From Eledone cirrhosa (Eukaryota): DNA of 64,000 bases. The notes below the pieces were generated by a model. That model was not told the DNA's origin, searched no databases, and was given only the letters and a program-made list of their open reading frames with translations. Where the stretch lies: the NCBI GenBank assembly GCA_964016885.1, contig OZ024748.1, positions 48,174,001 through 48,238,000 on the forward strand, in the 5' to 3' direction. The position numbers and the translations under genes were made by a program. Positions 24,871 to 38,184 of the stretch are shown here, in pieces; the first letter of the stretch is position 1, and each line of letters begins with the position of its first letter.

Positions 24871-25377
24871 GAGCGAATGACATATATAAGAATATATCAA
24901 ACAATACACAGGAGATAATTTGCAATAAATGTAAGGGGACATATCAACTATAGATGAGCAGTATAGACACTTAAACATAATTAAACAGTATATACCAAAC
25001 ACCAAATAATTATTTTACTCTCTCATACATAATCCTTAATGGCAATAGAATTATGTTTCACCTTCAAATGGTGAAGTACAAATGATAAGCTAGGATCATC
25101 AGTGAGAGAAAGAGCTAAAACCTCATGAACTCATGCCTCTAAGCAAATCTAAGGACTGTCCAAAATGCACACATATATATATATAGAAGCTGTATCAACC
25201 TTTACCTTTTCCTTAGACAAGATCAATGGCTTGGAGAGGGAAACTTGGTATGCAAGGATGACTGCTGGTCTTCTCCAAACAACCTTGCCCAGGCTTGTGC
25301 CTTGGAGGGGAACTTTCTAGGTGTAAATCCCACAGTAATTCATGACCGAAAGGGGTCTTTACCTTATATATATATAC

Positions 25378-25717
25378 GGCACATGGCTTAGTGGTTAGAG
25401 CATTAGCCTTGCAATCGAAAGGTTGTGAGTTCAATTCTCAGACCGGGTGATGTGTTGTTTCCTTGAGCAAGACACTTTATTTCACATTGCTCCAGTTTAC
25501 TCAGCTGTAGAAATGAGATGATAGGGACTGAGGTCCCTATCATTCCACTGCAAAGTGGTCGTGGGGGTGCCACGGCAAAAAAGCACCCAGCACTCACTGT
25601 AAATGAGGTTGGTGTTAGGAAGGGCATCCAGCTGTAGAAATCAAACCAGAATCAGTTCCCATCCCACCCTTACAAGCAGGGAAAAGCGGACGTAAAGTGA
25701 TGATGATGATGATGATG
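25378..25717 (+). mobile_element. SINE family 1, full length
   Basis: Near-identical to 8375-8707. Confidence 0.9.
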
Positions 25718-25827
25718 CGTGTGTGTGTATATATATAAATCCCCTCTTCTTTCCCTCTCTTACTCTTTCTCTCTCTCCTCCCCCTTTCTTTCTCCTCATC
25801 TCTCTCTCTCTCTCACCAGGCAGTATT

Positions 25828-26012
25828 GTGGATTGGCAGTATCGGTAGAGGGTCGGACGCCATGCTTTCCAGCATAGTTACATCCCTTTACGATCTGAGT
25901 TCAAATCCCGCCGAGGTTGACTTTGCCTTTCATCCTTACGGGGGTCGATAAAATAAAGTACCAGTAATGCACTGGGTAATTGCTGGCCTTGTGCCTAAAG
26001 TAGAAACAATTA
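25828..26012 (+). mobile_element. SINE family 2, full length, ending about 12 bp from an AARSD1 splice donor
   Basis: tggcagtatcgg A box, gagttcaaatcc B box, gcctttcatcc..gtcgataaaataaagtaccag domain. Confidence 0.88.
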
Positions 26013-26024
26013 TTTACACCATAC

Positions 26025-26184
26025 CTCTGCAAGTTTTGGATCCGAAGCAGATTCATAGACATCAACTCTGACAGGAATTGCTTCACGAATGTTCTTGTTT
26101 ACTGCTTCCTCCAAAGAAGCCATCTGAATGGGTGTCATTTCTGGAGTGTCCAGCTCAATATATGACAGTTTATCACCCAACCAC
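26025..26184 (-). CDS. AARSD1: AARSD1 internal exon (160 bp): (W)WLGDKLSYIELDTPEMTPIQMASLEEAVNKNIREAIPVRVDVYESASDPKLAE
   Basis: atttag acceptor and gtatgg donor; IELDTP...VN..IR AlaX pattern; phase 2 to 0. Confidence 0.94.
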
Positions 26185-26289
26185 CTAAATATAAACAACA
26201 AGAAATATTTTGTAATCAGGATTGTCTCAGAAGAAATTCAGTTTCATCACAGTTTTGTAACATTTTATAAGATTATTATTACTATTATT

Positions 26290-26758
26290 AACTTTTTCAA
26301 GTTTCACTTGAAGAGGAAAATTAGGGTGGAGAGGCAAGTGCTGCCTTCTAGCAAGTTTGTTGAAAGGTGGGTGAATGTAGTGAGAATGGTCCGAGTGAAT
26401 GGGACCGCTCTGAATATACGTCTGTAGTTTGAGAAATGGAAAAATTGAGAGAGGGCGCTTGCCCTGGTGGTCAGGGTGGCCATGGTCTTTTGTGTGGTTT
26501 TCACCACGAGTAACCCTCGGAGGTTTCCCCCCTATTGGGGAATTTTTCATTGTTTCAATTTTCATTTTTATTGTTTATATATATATATATGTTTCTATGT
26601 CCTTTTTTTTCTTCTTTTCTTATATAAATAATAAAAATATTTACACACACAAAACCCACATCATACCGTCCTGTACCGTCCTGTGCCGTCTGTAATGTTT
26701 TTCTTGATGTCAGCCCTTGTGGCCAATAAAGAAATCATTATTATTATTATTATTATTA
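26290..26758 (+). mobile_element. 3' end of an L1/Tx1-like LINE, second copy
   Basis: Highly similar to 12401-12849; (ATT)n on both sides. Confidence 0.7.
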
Positions 26759-28304
26759 GGAATGAAAACAACAGGTGGGGGATTGGCAGTATCAGTAGAG
26801 CATCAAATGACATGCTTTGCAGCATATAGTTATGTCCCCTTACCTTGGGGTTGATTTAATTGACTTTCCCCTCCCCAAAAATTGTTGGTTTTGTGCCTAC
26901 ATCAGAAGGAATGAAAACAAAAAGATATAAAATGAAATTGTATAATAAAGATGACTTTTTTTTATACCAACCCACTCAAAATTGGCTCTGCTTCTTTTAG
27001 TCACCCATTTTAAGGGGTTTCTATTTAGAGTAAAATCTCCCAACATAATTTTATATAAGAACCATATGTTAAGTTAGTATCTTAGTAATTAAATAATTTA
27101 TAATTTTTGTAAATCCCTGGAAATTCTTCATTAACTAGTTGAAATAGAGTGTGTATTCCATTAGGAATACAATAATGAAAGGGTTAAAATATTAATCAAA
27201 ATGTTGGACACCTAAACTGGACATAGCCAATCCCTCTCCATATCTTCACACAGTTTCTTCCAGAGAAAGAGAGAGAGCGAGAAGAGATTCTCATGTAACT
27301 GTGCATGTGTGTGTATGTATTGTAACAATAATGGATTCCATATATACATATATATACACAGATACAAAAATATGGATTGAGGAAAGTGAGGCTGTGTGGT
27401 TACTGATAACGAGTATTAGAAGTAAGGCGACACAAACAAGAGATGGACAGTTTCCCTTTGTCAGCTGCTTACTACAGGTCACAGATGTTTTTGCGCATTA
27501 TAAACAGAACATCTATCTGTAGCACGCCCATAGCCTTTTATCTATCAAAAAGCCATGGGGGAAAGAAGCGATAGCGAAGAGAGAGAAAGAGAAAAAAAGA
27601 AGAAAAGGGGGGGGGGGGGAGTAAACATACTGATAGAAGGGGGAACATAGGACAATGGCACATGTAAGTGAGTAATCAAAGAGAAAATAGACCAAGTTAA
27701 AAAAAAGCTGTTGGGTTTAAGCCCGGGGGCCATAATAACAGAGGAGCTAGGTAAATCCACGTTAATTTTAAAAACACCAAAGATTCAAGATTTAGCAAAA
27801 TAATAATGCAACTTTATCTCATTAAAACATGCTTTCTAGCAATTCCTGTTATAACCAATTAACATATTTTAACATATTTGTGATAAACACTGATAATTCT
27901 TTATTTTTGCATGTTTAAAAAGTATATACACAAGCTTATGCTTTTGCTTTTATGATTGCCATTTCAATGCACAGTACTTTGAATCTTGTATTATTCTTGA
28001 TAATTTGTCTTATGATTTTAATCAATTTATTGTTATTTTTTATTATATTTCCTGAAGAGCTACGGCTTAGAGTAAATCCCTTTTAATGGAGTTATTTAAC
28101 AGATAATATCTGTTTTTTCTCCACAATTGATGAAATATTCTGGCCACATTGAAACGACCATAGATGTATAAACAAATAGTAATAATACTAATCCTTGGTC
28201 TTATTGAATTTTGAATTATAAATACTCTGCTACTGTAACTGTTCACTCCTGAAGAACGAAGGGTTAAAATGTGCATTGAGCTTAGTGAACTATTACACTG
28301 TAAC

Positions 28305-28336
<32 letters not shown>

Positions 28337-28338
<2 letters not shown>

Positions 28339-28793
28339 ACTCCGGATGTCGGTGAGCATGTCCAGCCAACCTCAGTCTCCTCTGTGTCACTTTTGAGCTG
28401 ACTCTTGGGATGCTCCCATACAGCTCTGAGTTTTTCATCCTCAGTGTATACTGATTAATGTTCAGAGCCATCCTCAACATTCTCGTGTAGCACCCATCCA
28501 CCATCTGAGTGAGTTTCTTGGTCAGTGTCCAAGTCTCAGACCCACACAGCAGCACAGACTCCACTACAGCAATGAAGAGGCGGATTTTCAGGTCTTGACA
28601 TTGCACTCAGTGCTCCTTTGGGAGCCCCTACATGGACACACTAGAAGAGGAAGACCAAGGTTAACATATGTTGATGCCCTAAGGACAGACACTGGTCTGT
28701 TGGAGATGCAGGATATGGCAGCGATAATGAGGGACAGAGACCGCTGGAGAGAACTCGTCCATAGATCTCGGGAATTTTACCCGCCTTAGATAG
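28337..28793. mobile_element. 5'-truncated, 5'-inverted RTE-like LINE with 10-bp TSD
   Basis: Minus segment ends ..LAGHAHRHPEL and plus segment continues LTLHSVLLWEP..RGRPR; atatatacaa at 28330-28339 and 28794-28803. Confidence 0.85.
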
Positions 28794-28888
28794 ATATATA
28801 CAAGTAAGTTTGTCAGAATATACATAACATCATATTGAAAAGAGATCGCTAAAATAATCTCATTCAGAGAAGTAAATATATATATAGG

Positions 28889-29256
28889 ACATCTTATACA
28901 AAATCACTGAGGGGTCGACTACTGTAGGAACATCTTTCTCTAGGGATAAAAATTATCCTTACTGCAGTTTCAAAATTGAAAGCATAATGGAGAGCCTTTC
29001 AATATGGCCATCGTTAACAGAAGGATTTCTCTTCAGAGGATTTTTCTGTATGGTGTAAGAAAATAAAAAAATATATATAACCGTTAATAGAAAAATCCTC
29101 TGAAGAGAAGTCCATTCTGTTAACGACGGCCATATCAATCTATTGAAAGGATATCTGTTATTCTTTGGATTTTGGAACTGCAGTAAGGTTAATTTTTATC
29201 CCTAAGGAAAGATGTTTCTACAGTAATCCACCCCTCAGTGATTTTGTATAAGATGT
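28889..29256. mobile_element. Foldback/MITE with about 160-bp imperfect inverted arms
   Basis: acatcttatacaaaatcactgagggg / cccctcagtgattttgtataagatgt termini; arms pair inward to about 29047/29089. Confidence 0.85.
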
Positions 29257-29271
29257 TATATACACACACAC

Positions 29272-29374
<103 letters not shown>

Positions 29375-29628
29375 TCATCATCATCATCATCATTTTACGT
29401 CCGCTTTTCCCTGCTTGCAAGGGTGGGACACACACATATAATATATATATATACACACGCATTGCATACACACACATCATCATCATCTTCGTTTAACGTC
29501 CATTTTCCACGCTATATATATATATACACACACGCATCATCATCATCATCATCATCATTTTACGTCCGCTTTTCCCTGCTTGCAAGGGACACACACACAT
29601 ATATATATATATATAAATACACACACGC

Positions 29629-29709
<81 letters not shown>

Positions 29710-29808
29710 CACACACACAGATGTATATATTATAGAATTGTTAGTCTGTTGAAACAAGTATGGTTTGGTTGGTTGAAAAATAAACTACACACATATATAT
29801 ATATATAT

Positions 29809-29839
<31 letters not shown>

Positions 29840-30137
29840 CACACACACAGATGTATATATTATAGAATTGTTAGTCTGTTGAAACAAGTATGGTTTGGTT
29901 GGTTGAAAAATAAACTAAAATATTTTGTAGTATGAAAGTAACAAAATAATAAACACAACCAGAACCACAACAACAAAAATAAAGTATACATTATTTGTAT
30001 ATAAAAGATTGTTTATCGACTGTTACTCAATTTTATAGTGATTTCTCTCAATGAGTCATCCATTTATAGACATATCATCCATTCCTTTCAACCAAATACT
30101 ATTGTTTCTTACATAATGTTACCAAGCAAGTGTTGTG

Positions 30138-30172
<35 letters not shown>

Positions 30173-30271
30173 ATGCATGTGTGTGTGTGTGTGTATGCAT
30201 GTGTGTGTGTGTGTGAGTGTGTGTATGTATATATAGATGTGTGTGTGTGTATGCATGTGTGTGAGAGTGTG

Positions 30272-30307
<36 letters not shown>

Positions 30308-30409
30308 AGTGTGTGTGTATATATATATGTGTGTGTGTATGCATGTGTGTGAGTGTGTGTGTATATATATATATATATGTGTGTGTATATATATGTGTGT
30401 GTGAGTGTG

Positions 30410-30471
<62 letters not shown>

Positions 30472-32684
30472 AGTGTGTGTGTATATATATATGTGTGTGT
30501 GTATGCATGTGTGTGAGTGTGTGTGTATATATATATATGTGTGTGTGTATATATGTGTGTGAGTGTGTGTGTATATATATGTGTGTGTGTGTGTGTATGC
30601 TTGTGTATATATGTTTGTATATATATATATATATATATCTGTGCTGTATGCTTGTGTATATATGTTTGTATATATATATATATATATCTGTGCTGTGTGT
30701 GTGTGTGTATGTTTGCATTTATATAAATATAAACAATCCACTTCAGTTCAGTAGATTTCAAATATTGGTTAGCGTATGCTCTCTCTCTCTCTCTAGGCTT
30801 GTGTATATGTGTGCGTACATTTATATGTATGTGTATGAGTGTGTGCATGTATGTATATATATACTGTATACATTGTAAAAGTAAAAATACTGTGTGTATA
30901 TATAGTAGTATTGGACTACCAACTAACAATATATTTTGTAGAAGTATTCTTTCGTTCTGTTAATCTGTTAATCTTTTACAGATATCAATTTTCTGACTGC
31001 AGCCATTTTGGAAGACTGGATATCAAGAGTATCAAATGATTATATCAAATTTTTTCTGGTACATATTCCCCCTGACTTCTAGTTACCACATGGTTAAGTC
31101 CACCTTGGCATAAAGGGTTACAATTTAAAATTTTCTTTTTCCTTTTATATACTCACTTATTTCTGACGACTATCTTGTGTTTTTTTCTTCTCAACTACAA
31201 GAAGTACTAGATACTTCCCCTCATCTGCTTTGTCTTACTAGCTTTATATGGACATTTAAATTGATTAAATATCACAAAGCATGATCGTTTGATGCACTAA
31301 TTTACCTGTTATCTCTCAACAATACACAAAAATATTTTTAATTTACTGTTTAGTAAAATATTTTTAATTTACGGTTTAACATTTCCCTGATCATATTTTT
31401 AATGAAATGTACTCTATTTTAATTAATTAATTAATTAAGAATTTTGAAGGATTTAATAAAATTATTAATTATTTCATTACTAAGATTGTAAATTAGTATT
31501 TGGTTCTTATATAAAATTATATTGGAAATTTTTAATTGAAATAGGAACTCTTTAAAATGATTGCTTTTGTTTCACAGCATCAGAGCTGGTTTTGTATCAG
31601 GGATAGTAACTTAACATATGGTTCTTACATAGAATTATGTTGGAGGATTTTTATTTAAATAGAAGCACTTCAAAATGGATGATTTTTGTTTCATAGAACT
31701 AAAGGTGGTTTTGGAGGAGTTAGTATTGAAAGGGTTAAATAGGGGCCCTTTAAAATGGGTAGTTTTGTTTCATAGAATCAGAACTGGCTTTGAGAGGGTT
31801 GGTATCAAAAGGGTTAAAAACCTCCAAGACTGGTGAGAGGAAATTATCCTCAAACAAGAGAACTGACCCATGACCCAATTGTTTATTAGAAGTAAGGAAG
31901 AACTGGTTAGTCACACTCTACATTCATCCTTTCGGGGTCGATAAAGAAAGTACCAGTCTTGTACTGGTATTGATTCTTCCTCTATAGTTCTTTCTCACTT
32001 TCTCAAATTGACTGTGTTCGCACCTTGAGAAGAGGATCATACTATATCATACCATTTTGTGTACTTCACCATGGTCAACATGGCATAGGTTGCTCTGTGA
32101 ACACATGTTAATCAGTTAACAGACATCACCAACTATGACAGACAGGTGGAGGGATAGGCTCATAAAAGTCTGAGCAAACTTGATCCAATGATGATGTTGA
32201 CAAATGTCTTAGTTGAACCTAGCAGGAAAAACAGGGATCAGTGCAAAATTTACAGTTTTATAATTGATGCATGAAATGCTGCAAATATACTGATTCCAGA
32301 AATTGTGAAAAAAAAAAAAAAGAACTTTATTCTTTTCATACCAAACTGCCTGAAAGAGTTTATTTTAAAGTGTTTATATTTATCTAAAAATCTTCAATCA
32401 TAATTTTATGTAAGAACCTTTGGCAAGTTATTCTCCAAACACTAACTTAATAATGAGAAAGTTAGTTTTCCAATTTCTTTATTACTTTTAAAATTATTTG
32501 AAAATTATAGGCAATGTGATTCATTGGAAATATATGGCAACAAAGGATTAAAATTTTAGCACTTGGCAACTCACAGAAAACAGAGGGATAATCAATCATA
32601 TTTAATGTTGCTCAATAATTTGTTTTGAATTCTTTAAAAACATGAAAAGATATTATGAATAATAAAAGAAGAGAATGGAATTAC

Positions 32685-32742
32685 CATGAAGTTGTTTTAA
32701 AACCAAACATTTTGTCAGCAAGAGCTGTAATTAAGTGTTGCC
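32685..32742 (-). CDS. AARSD1: AARSD1 internal exon (58 bp): (G)QHLITALADKMFGFKTTS(W)
   Basis: ttttcag acceptor and gtaatt donor; completes the HSGQH (HxxxH) motif; phase 1 to 2. Confidence 0.94.
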
Positions 32743-32915
32743 CTGAAAAATATTACATATCAGAGTGAATAACTTTAATTAGACAAACAGAATAAGTACA
32801 CAATATACATGTGTGTGTGTGTGATAAGGAGTGTTGGGCATATGGTGTGTGTAATACATATATGTGTGTGTGTGTGATTGGAGTGGTTAAAATCCACTTT
32901 GTTTATTCATATTTG

Positions 32916-32972
32916 CTGTTATATATGTTTCAGTGGTAACTGTTATGCAACAGCTATGACCTCATCAGACAG
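32916..32972 (-). ncRNA. Hammerhead motif with a mismatch in stem III
   Basis: ctgt-CTGATGA-ggtcatagctgtt(gcat)aacagttaccact-GAAA-catata-TA-acag. Confidence 0.6.
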
Positions 32973-34030
32973 TTAGAATCTGAACTGTAAAAACATAAAA
33001 ACATAATGATGGAATACAGATCACTTCTGTTATTTCGATTCATTGCAATGCTCTGGGCTGAAATTTGGTGTTGCTTTCTCAAGGTTCCGGTCGCATATCT
33101 ACTAAATTTTGTGGGGACATAGAAATAATCAAGCTGGATACCCGATCACACGGTTAAACCACTGGGAGTGAAGGACCCCTAGCCTTTGTCAGGGTATTCT
33201 TCTAGGAGAAGGCAACTTGGGAAACTGGGATAACTCCGACCTGAAACCTGCGGCTCAGTAGTTACAGTTGATGTTGATCTTTTCTTCTTTTCGGGTTATA
33301 GCTACTGTCGCTCATAGAGTAGGATTGGCTCAGTGCACAGTCTTTCCTCACTCTCAAAAAAATCTTCATGCACAGGCATTGCACGATAGTATTAATTGAT
33401 AATTATTAATAATGTTATATCGTGCAATGGCCATACTCGATAACGAGGGGCAGCCATCATATATATATATATATCATCATCACCATTTTACGTCCTGTTC
33501 TCCCACGGTAGCATGGGTTAGACGGGTTGTCCTGTTGTGGGCAGTGTCCGATCGGCTGACCTTGTCTTGCTCATATGGGAACTGATTCTGGTTTGATTTC
33601 TACAGCTGGATGCCCTTCCTAACACCAACCTCATTTACAGTGAGTGCTGGGTGCTTTTTTTCCGTGGCGCCTACACGTCCACTTTACAGTGTGGGCTGGG
33701 TGCTTTTTTGCCGTGGCACCTCCACGACCACTTCGCAGTGGGAGGGGGTGGGGGCATATTGTCTATATGCTTCAGCTTTAGCTTGTACCCGTGGTATTTA
33801 AAACATATTTATTATGTTATTCTACTGTAAATTTATTTATATGCTTTGTGTATATCACATGTATTTATATTTTCACTCCCATTTCTAACGTTATTTATAC
33901 AACTGTGAGTAGAATATTCGTATATATATATATCTATATCTATATATATATATATATATATATATACATGTCCAAACATCGAAAAGAATACATAAAAATG
34001 ATGATGATATACATATATATACATATTTAA

Positions 34031-34063
<33 letters not shown>

Positions 34064-34139
34064 CAAAGGAATTGTGGTAAGGAACCAGATGGACCATAAC
34101 GCACCAGAGTACTCAATACTTAGGGTAGTAGAGTGGGAA

Positions 34140-34252
34140 ATAGGAAAAAGTATGGCCCCGACGGCAGAGCTCAAGCTGTTTCGACGGCTATTTCTGGACT
34201 CAGAAATAGCTGACGAAATGGCTTGAGCTCTGCCGTCAGGGTCATACTTTTT

Positions 34253-34257
<5 letters not shown>
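34140..34257. repeat. 57-bp-arm hairpin with 4-nt loop, made from the 3' half of a hammerhead element
   Basis: Arms pair almost fully; homologous to 61442-61537 and 46211-46262. Confidence 0.9.
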
Positions 34258-34294
<37 letters not shown>

Positions 34295-34664
34295 TATGTA
34301 CACATATATACATACATATATATATACACTCACATATATATATAATGGTTACAAATAATGAAATAATATTAACCTTTAATAATTTCACTCTTCTACAGCT
34401 AATTCAATATATTGTACTTTTGTGATTCAAAACTGTAAACATTTCAGTTTCTTCCAAAATATTCTTTAATTTTACACATAAATAGATTATTTCAATTTAT
34501 CTCACCCTAATTCCATTAACTTACTACAGATGGCATTTCTCACTAATATTCACTCTGTTCCTTTATAATAAGTGGGATTTTTTTTCCTGCCTTCTGAACT
34601 CATCTATTTCCCACCTTAGCAGGAAAACATTTGATGTGTGTGTGTATATATATACATATATATA

Positions 34665-35372
34665 TCATCATCATCATCATCGTTTAACGTCTATCTTCCA
34701 AGCTAGCATGGGTTTAGACGCGAATTGTCCCACTTGAGGCAAGATTTGTTGTCCTGCTCGTATAGGACTGTCTGGTAGGTTTTCTACGGCTGGGTGCCCT
34801 TCCTAACACCAACCACGTTTACAGTGTGGACTGGGAGGTTTTTACTGTGTTACCTACACGGCCACATTACAGCGTGGACTGTGTTTTTTTTGTCGTGACA
34901 CCTACATGTCTGGCGGGTTTTCTACGGCTGGGTGCCCTTCCCAACACCAACCACGTTTACAGTGTGGACTGAGAGGTTTTTACCGTGTTACCTACATGGC
35001 CACATTATAGCATGGACTGTGTGTTTTTTTTGTCGTGACACCTACACGACCTCATTTGTTTCGGACTGGATGTTGTGGTACCAACATAACTTCACATTTA
35101 AGGGGGTGGTGTGGATGGGGTGGGGGTAGTGGGATGGGGTGTATTTTGTTAGAGGTGCCTACTGACTGTAGGTTTCACTTTGTACTTAAGCAAGGCGGGT
35201 CTTCTGTATGACTGTGTAGCGCCAAAGGTCTCGGTCCAGTGACATTGTCTTGGAGAGGTGTAAGTGTGTGAGGTCGGAATTTATCAAGTCGTCCCAGGTT
35301 TTTCTGGGTCTGCATACTCCATGGCTACCATCTATTTTTATCGCCCTGCACTTTTTTATACAGCTGTCGTCT
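34665..35372 (-). mobile_element. RTE LINE 3' fragment with internal duplication, inverted relative to the adjacent copy
   Basis: Homologous to 36615-37198. Confidence 0.85.
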
Positions 35373-35436
35373 TGGTTATCTACATTGGTTATCTACATTG
35401 TGGTAACTTCCTCAAAATGCGAATATATATATAACT

Positions 35437-37195
35437 AATCAGAGAGAGAATTGACCTAGATGAAATGCAGTTCGGGTTTGTGTCAGGCAAAAGTACCACA
35501 GACGCTCTTTTCATTGTACGACAACTACAGGAGAAGTACCTAGCTAAAGGTAAACCCCTCTACTTAGCTTTTGTCGACTTGGAGAAAGCCTTCGACAGAG
35601 TCCCCCGCTCCATTATCTGGTGGGCTCTTAGAAAACTAGGCGTTGACGAATGGCTTGTGAGAGCTATACAAGCCATGTATAAAGAAACAGTCAGCAAGGT
35701 TAGAATTAACAACGAATATAGTGAAGAGTTTAGCGTAAAAGTTGGCGTCCATCAGGGCTCTGTTCTCAGCCCCCTACTATTTATTATTGCCCTTCAGGCT
35801 ATAACAGAGGAGTTCAAGACCGGCTGCCCATGGGAACTCCTATACGCAGACGACCTGACACTCATAGCGGAATCAATGGCCGAGCTAGAGAAGAAATTCC
35901 AAACATGGAAGCACGGCCTAGAATCAAAAGGCCTTAAAATTAACCTGGCTAAGACTAAAGTTCTAGTTTGTAGGAAAGAAAATAAGGCGGCGGTCCCTTC
36001 TGGGAAATGGTCGTGCTCGGTGTGTAGGAAAGGTGTAGGTAGAAACTCCATTTTATGTCCTAAATGCAAAGTATGGGTGCATAAAAGATGTAGTGGGATC
36101 ACAGGTAAGCTAACTAAGAACATAGATTTTACATGTGGCCGGTGCTCTGGGGCAATAAGTAGCAGCAAGTGCCCACAAAATACTAGCTCTTTCAATTGCA
36201 CAGAGGGTTCTATAGAAATAGTGGACAGTTTCCGTTACCTGGGTGATAAAATCAGCAGTGAGGGAGGGTGCTCTGAAAGTACAGTAGCTAGAGTCAGAAC
36301 TGGTTGGAAAAAGTTCAGAGAGCTTATACCACTATTAGCTGCTAAAGGGTTCTCCCTAAAAATGAAAGGCAGGTTGTACGATGCCTGCATACGAACAGCA
36401 ATGTTGCATGGCAGTGAGACCTGGGCATTGTGTGCAGAGGATATACGCAGACTAGAGAGGAACGAAGCTTGCATGCTCCGCTGGATGTGTAACAGTAATA
36501 TACGTGAACGGCAAAGCATAAACGAACTAAGGAAAAAATTAGAAATAAGAGGGATCAGATGTTGTTTACTCGAGAGAAGGCTACGTTGGTATGGACACGT
36601 GATGCGCATGAAAGTCGATAGCTGTATAACAAAGTGCAGGGCAATAAAGATAGACGGTAGCCACAGAATAGGCAGACCTAGAAAAACCTGGGACGAGCTG
36701 ATAAACTCCAACCTCACACACCTACACCTCTCCAAGACAATGTCACTGGACCGAGACCTTTGGCGGTACTCAGTAACAGAGAAGACCCGCCTTACCTAAA
36801 TACATAGTAAAACCTACTACAGCCAGTAGGCATCTCTAACAAAATACCCCCCCCCCGTCCCACCACCCCCACCCCATCCACGCCACCCCGTTCTATGTAA
36901 AGTTGTGTTGGTGCCACACCATCCAGGCCGAAACAAATGAGATCGTGTAGGTGTCACGACAAAAAAACACACAGTCCACGCTGTAATGTGGCCGTGTAGG
37001 CAACATGGTAAAAACCTCCCAGACCCACACTGTAAATGTGGTTGGTGTTAGGAAGGGCATCCAACTGTAGAAAACCTGCCAGACAGTCCTATGCGTGCAA
37101 GACAATCACTCTTGCCTCAAGTGGGACTACCCCCGTCCAAACCCATGCAAGCGTGGAACACGGACGTTAAACGTTGATGATGATGATGATGATGA

Positions 37196-37198
<3 letters not shown>
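35437..37198 (+). mobile_element. 5'-truncated RTE-clade LINE; uninterrupted 444-aa RT ORF (35465-36799) with PHD-like finger; (TGA)n tail
   Basis: QFGF, FVDLEKAFDRV, GVHQGSVLSP, YADD, FRYLG and RLRWYGHV..GRPRKTW motifs. Confidence 0.95.
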
Positions 37199-37245
<47 letters not shown>

Positions 37246-37573
37246 GTATTTTGAGGAAGTTGCCACAATGTAGATAACCATAAATAATATAAGAAATGCT
37301 TTTGTGAAAGCAAGAAAGTGCAAAAGACAGACAGATAAATGGATAAACAGACTGGCAGAGAGACAGATAAACAGATAGATAGCACAATAGACAGAAATAA
37401 AGAACTGGAGGATAAAGACACAAACGAAAAACTACAGAAATTAATGCCTTTTAGTTTTTAATGAAATGTTACCACCATATAACATACACACACATAACAC
37501 ACACACACATATGAGAACACAAATACATATACACACATACACAAAACATGCACATACACGCATAAGAATACAA

Positions 37574-37632
<59 letters not shown>

Positions 37633-38184
37633 AACACACACTCACATACACATATGAGAACACACATATATCAGAACACATTACACACATAGATATAGAA
37701 ACACACACACACACTCATATATTACAACACAGACACTACCAGAGAATACATACACGCACATATAAGAACAAGCAGCCCCTCTGCTTCTGAAAATACTAAA
37801 ATTCTATTATAGTCACAAAATGATATTGATAGCAGCCTAGAGCAATTTTACTTAGTTACTTGCCCAATATTATATTACTGAGAGAAACAAAATTAATCAG
37901 AGGTAAAAATTGAATTTTAAGAGTTCATGAGAAGACTTATTATGGTTGAATTCAATTTTCACTCTTTTGTACAGAAATAGTTGATAACATTGTCTAAGGA
38001 ACATATGGATTCCCAAAGGAAAGAATTATCTTATTGGTAAAGAGATAGAGATTGACATAATTCCTTTTCTTTTTCACCTCAAGCAAGGCAATAAAGCCAC
38101 TAATATGCAAGGGGTTACTGAGAAGGGGAAAAGGACAAGACAGAGAGAACATAATTGTGTGTGTGTGTGTGCTTGTGTGTGTAT

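Noticed and set aside
25040-25110. CTGATGA..GAAAC on the minus strand; similar partial cores at about 9094, 12287, 19610, 28051, 31165, 46571 and 56265
   Set aside because: Stem I/III pairing or one core half is missing; at most very decayed remnants, so not called.
29690-29917. 130-bp perfect tandem duplication bounded by microsatellite
   Set aside because: Most likely slippage or an assembly artefact; no further structure seen.
33120-33460. LINE 5'UTR-like segments (also 47100-47435 and 57490-57760) checked for HDV-like ribozymes
   Set aside because: I could not build the nested double pseudoknot by eye; a descriptor search would be needed.
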